Shown: positions 61,794 through 64,000 of the stretch, piece by piece
How the letters are laid out: every line of letters starts with the position of its first letter
How positions within the stretch are numbered: the stretch's first letter is position 1
Source of the DNA: Pseudomonadota bacterium
GTDB taxonomy: Bacteria; Pseudomonadota; Gammaproteobacteria; Burkholderiales; Burkholderiaceae_C
DNA: 64,000 bases
Assembly (NCBI GenBank): GCA_021816585.1
Contig: JAKAXL010000004.1
Span: forward strand, 49,964 to 113,963
Direction: 5' to 3'
Made by a program: the position numbers and the translations under genes
Notes under the pieces: generated by a model
The model's database searches: none
The model's input: the letters and a program-made list of their open reading frames with translations, nothing else
Told to the model about the DNA's origin: nothing

Positions 61794-61860
61794 GTGCGGA
61801 AACGGTGCGGGGGTGCGGGCCGAGCGGGTGCGGCGCGTCCAGGCTGCGGCATCCGTGCGG
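61794..61860. repeat. Cluster of five GTGCGG hexamers (plus one CTGCGG) just upstream of metG
   Basis: GTGCGG occurs at 61794, 61805, 61813, 61828 and 61855, and CTGCGG at 61844. Read directly from the sequence. Confidence 0.6.
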
Positions 61861-62014
61861 CGGGGCCGGCGCGGGACCGGCACGGCGGCGCCGAGGCGCC
61901 GGACCCGCCATTGTAGGCAGGCGCCGGCGCCCCTGCGGCACGCCGGGCGCGGGCCGACTAGACTTTCCGGGTGGCCGGCGGCCGCGGCGCGTGCGCGCCC
62001 GCGCGGCGGGGCGT

Positions 62015-62057
62015 CCCGATTCCGCCCGATTCCACCCGATTCCACCCGATTCCTCCC
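62015..62057. repeat. Four tandem 10-bp repeats CCCGATTCCN
   Basis: cccgattccg cccgattcca cccgattcca cccgattcct ccc. It ends 28 nt upstream of the apbC ATG. Confidence 0.85.
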
Positions 62058-62085
62058 TCTTTCACGATTGCAGGCCTTGCCCACC

Positions 62086-63180
62086 ATGTCCTCGATGCCG
62101 ACCCAGGAACAGATCGAACAAGTACTCGACGGCGTGCCCGACCCCGGCAGCGGCCAGGGGCTGCGCACGGCGCGGGTGCTGCGCAAGGTCGAGGCGGCCG
62201 ACGGGCGGGTGGCCGTGCAACTGGTGCTGGGCTACCCGGCGCGCAGCCGCTTCGACGCGCTGCGCGAGGCCGTGCGCGGCGCGCTGGCCGGGCTGCCCGG
62301 CGTGCGCGAGGTCGCGGTCGACGTGTCGATGCGCGTCGACGCGCATGCGGTGCAGCGCGGCGTGCGCACGCTGGAAGGGGTGCGCAACGTCATCGCCGTG
62401 GCCTCCGGCAAGGGCGGCGTGGGCAAGAGCACCACGGCGGCCAACCTGGCGCTGGCGCTGGCCGCCGAGGGGGCCGCGGTCGGCCTGCTCGACGCCGACA
62501 TCTACGGCCCGTCGCAGCAGATGATGCTGGGCCTGCAGGGCCGGCCGCAAAGCAGCGACGGCAAGACCATGGAGCCGCTGCGCAGCCACGGCCTGCAGGT
62601 GATGTCCATCGGCGCGCTGATGGACGCCGACACGCCGATGATCTGGCGCGGCCCGATGGCCACGCAGGCGCTGGAGCAGCTGCTGCACCAGACGCACTGG
62701 CAGGACCTGGACTACCTGATCGTCGACATGCCCCCGGGCACCGGCGACATCCAGCTCACGCTCAGCCAGCGCGTGCCGCTGACCGGCGCGGTGATCGTCA
62801 CGACGCCGCAGGACATCGCGCTGCTCGACGCTCGCAAGGGCCTGAAGATGTTCGAGAAGGTCCAGGTCCCGGTGCTGGGCATCGTGGAGAACATGGCCAT
62901 GCACGTGTGTTCCAACTGCGGGCACGCGGAGCCGATCTTCGGCAGCGGCGGCGGCCAGCGCATGGCCGAGGACTACGGCGTGGAACTGCTGGGCTCGCTG
63001 CCGCTGGACCTGCGCATCCGCGAGCAGGCCGACAGCGGCACGCCCAGCGTGGTGGCCGACCCGCAGGGCGCGGCCGCGCAGCAGTACCTGGACATCGCGC
63101 GCAAGCTCGGTGCGCGCGTGGCGCAGCGCGCGCGCGACTACTCGGCGCGTTTTCCGAGCATCAAGATCGCGCAGGATTGA
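62086..63180 (+). CDS. apbC: Fe-S cluster carrier ATPase ApbC/Mrp
   Basis: 364 aa from ATG 62086 with an N-terminal DUF59-like region, P-loop VASGKGGVGKSTTAANLA and CSNCGH. It is divergent from metG, as in E. coli. Confidence 0.9.
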   Translation: MSSMPTQEQIEQVLDGVPDPGSGQGLRTARVLRKVEAADGRVAVQLVLGYPARSRFDALREAVRGALAGLPGVREVAVDVSMRVDAHAVQRGVRTLEGVRNVIAVASGKGGVGKSTTAANLALALAAEGAAVGLLDADIYGPSQQMMLGLQGRPQSSDGKTMEPLRSHGLQVMSIGALMDADTPMIWRGPMATQALEQLLHQTHWQDLDYLIVDMPPGTGDIQLTLSQRVPLTGAVIVTTPQDIALLDARKGLKMFEKVQVPVLGIVENMAMHVCSNCGHAEPIFGSGGGQRMAEDYGVELLGSLPLDLRIREQADSGTPSVVADPQGAAAQQYLDIARKLGARVAQRARDYSARFPSIKIAQD

Positions 63181-63280
63181 CCCGGCGGGCCGCCCGGCCT
63201 GCCCGGCGGGCAATGTCCCCGCGGCCCGGGGGGGCTGGGCTGGGCAAGCGGGATGCCGCGGGTTATGCTTCGGAGTCATG

Positions 63281-63294
63281 CGAACGATCGTTCG
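63281..63294. promoter_or_regulatory. Perfect 14-bp palindrome CGAACGATCGTTCG upstream of fadD (operator candidate)
   Basis: Read directly. It lies 52 nt upstream of the fadD ATG, just after a TATGCT -10-like hexamer (63264-63269). Confidence 0.4.
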
Positions 63295-63345
63295 TTTTTG
63301 ATCGCCCCACCCGAGGGCGCATGACTGCGCGAGGAGAACCCGACG

Positions 63346-64000
63346 ATGGACCGCCCCTGGCTCGCCCATTACCCCGAAGGGGTGCCGGCCGATATCGACC
63401 CCGGCGCCTACCGCTCGCTGTCGCAGCTGCTGCAGCAGAGCTTCGATCGGCATGCCGATCGGCCGGCCTTCGCCTTCATGGGGCGGCGCACCAGCTACGC
63501 GCAGTGGGGCCGCGATTCGGCGGCGCTGGGGGCGTGGCTGCAGGCGCAGGGACTGCGCGCCGGCGAGCGCATCGCGCTGATGATGCCCAACGTGCCGCAG
63601 TACCCGATCGCGGTGGCGGCGGCGCTGCGCGCCGGGCTGGTGGTGGTCAACGTCAACCCGCTGTACACGGCGCGCGAGCTCGAGCACCAGTTGCGCGACA
63701 GCGGCGCCAGCGCCATCGTGATCCTGGAGAACTTCGCGCACACGCTGCAGCAGGTCGACGCCGCGGTGCGCGGCGCGCTGCGCGTCGTGCTGGTGGCCAG
63801 CTTCGGCGACATGCTGGGGCGCCCGAAAGGCTGCCTGGTGAACTTCGTGGTGCGCCGCGTCAAGCACCTGGTGCCGCGTTTCTCGCTGCCCGGGCACCAG
63901 CGCTTCCCGGCGGCGCTGGCGCGCGGACGCACGCTGGCGCTGACGCCCGTCGACGCGAAACCGGAGGACATCGCGGTGCTGCAATACACCGGCGGCACCA
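63346..64000 (+). CDS. fadD: Long-chain-fatty-acid--CoA ligase, N-terminal part (3' end outside window)
   Basis: It is not in the ORF track because it has no stop inside the window. ATG 63346 has a GAGGAG SD. The translation reads MDRPWLAHYPEGVPADIDPGAYRSLSQLL...MMPNVPQYPIAV...NPLYTARELEHQL...LQYTGGT (AMP-binding motif at the window edge). Confidence 0.85.
   Translation, partial: MDRPWLAHYPEGVPADIDPGAYRSLSQLLQQSFDRHADRPAFAFMGRRTSYAQWGRDSAALGAWLQAQGLRAGERIALMMPNVPQYPIAVAAALRAGLVVVNVNPLYTARELEHQLRDSGASAIVILENFAHTLQQVDAAVRGALRVVLVASFGDMLGRPKGCLVNFVVRRVKHLVPRFSLPGHQRFPAALARGRTLALTPVDAKPEDIAVLQYTGGT

Noticed and set aside
62015-62057. Possible CRISPR array or minisatellite.
   Set aside because: The repeats are only 10 bp, directly abutting with no spacers, and there are only four units. 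No cas genes are present in the window.

Overview
This is a 64-kb, very GC-rich (roughly 70% by eye) chromosomal segment. Its gene order matches a Burkholderiales-type betaproteobacterium, probably Comamonadaceae-like; this is inferred from synteny only. I call 69 protein-coding loci (67 apparently intact CDS plus 2 decayed remnants), one tRNA-Thr(UGU) and one SAH riboswitch. I see no rRNA, CRISPR array, transposase, prophage genes, or integrase other than housekeeping xerC. Layout, left to right: mlaC(partial)-mlaB, ABC-2 exporter pair, ibaG, murA, hisGDCBHAFIE, a HIT-gene remnant, tatABC, nif3-like/pdxA-like, mscL(-), petABC, sspAB, tRNA-Thr. Next comes a ~2.4-kb lower-GC islet (hipBA plus a decayed higBA), followed by a signalling block: a TlpD-like MA+CZB protein with a GAF-GGDEF cyclase, a secreted NTF2-like protein with ECF sigma and anti-sigma, an HDOD protein, and a Pat-like acetyltransferase. 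Core genes then resume: DUF971-ubiE-ubiJ-ubiB-coaX, hslVU(-), a 576-aa STAS protein(-), dksA(-), COG0523 GTPase(-), rlmI, xerC, DUF484, dapF, two lpxL-family genes(-), metK, SAH riboswitch-ahcY-metF, amn, an IMPase-family gene, nadB, panCB, scpA, DUF3460, a waaC-like gene, a kdoO-like gene, metG(-), apbC and fadD(partial). Most of the window is ordinary core genome. I could not identify a convincing, wholly new multi-gene system. The best leads are: (i) the MA+CZB sensor / GGDEF cyclase gene pair with an AT-rich dyad promoter; (ii) the uncharacterised tandem-STAS protein between hslV and dksA; (iii) a DksA lacking three of the four canonical zinc-finger Cys, next to a His-rich COG0523 GTPase; (iv) the ECF module that starts with a secreted NTF2-like protein; (v) two short repeat arrays in the metG/apbC divergent spacer; (vi) decayed toxin and HIT gene remnants. 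All functional calls rest on by-eye motif recognition and synteny. No searches were run.
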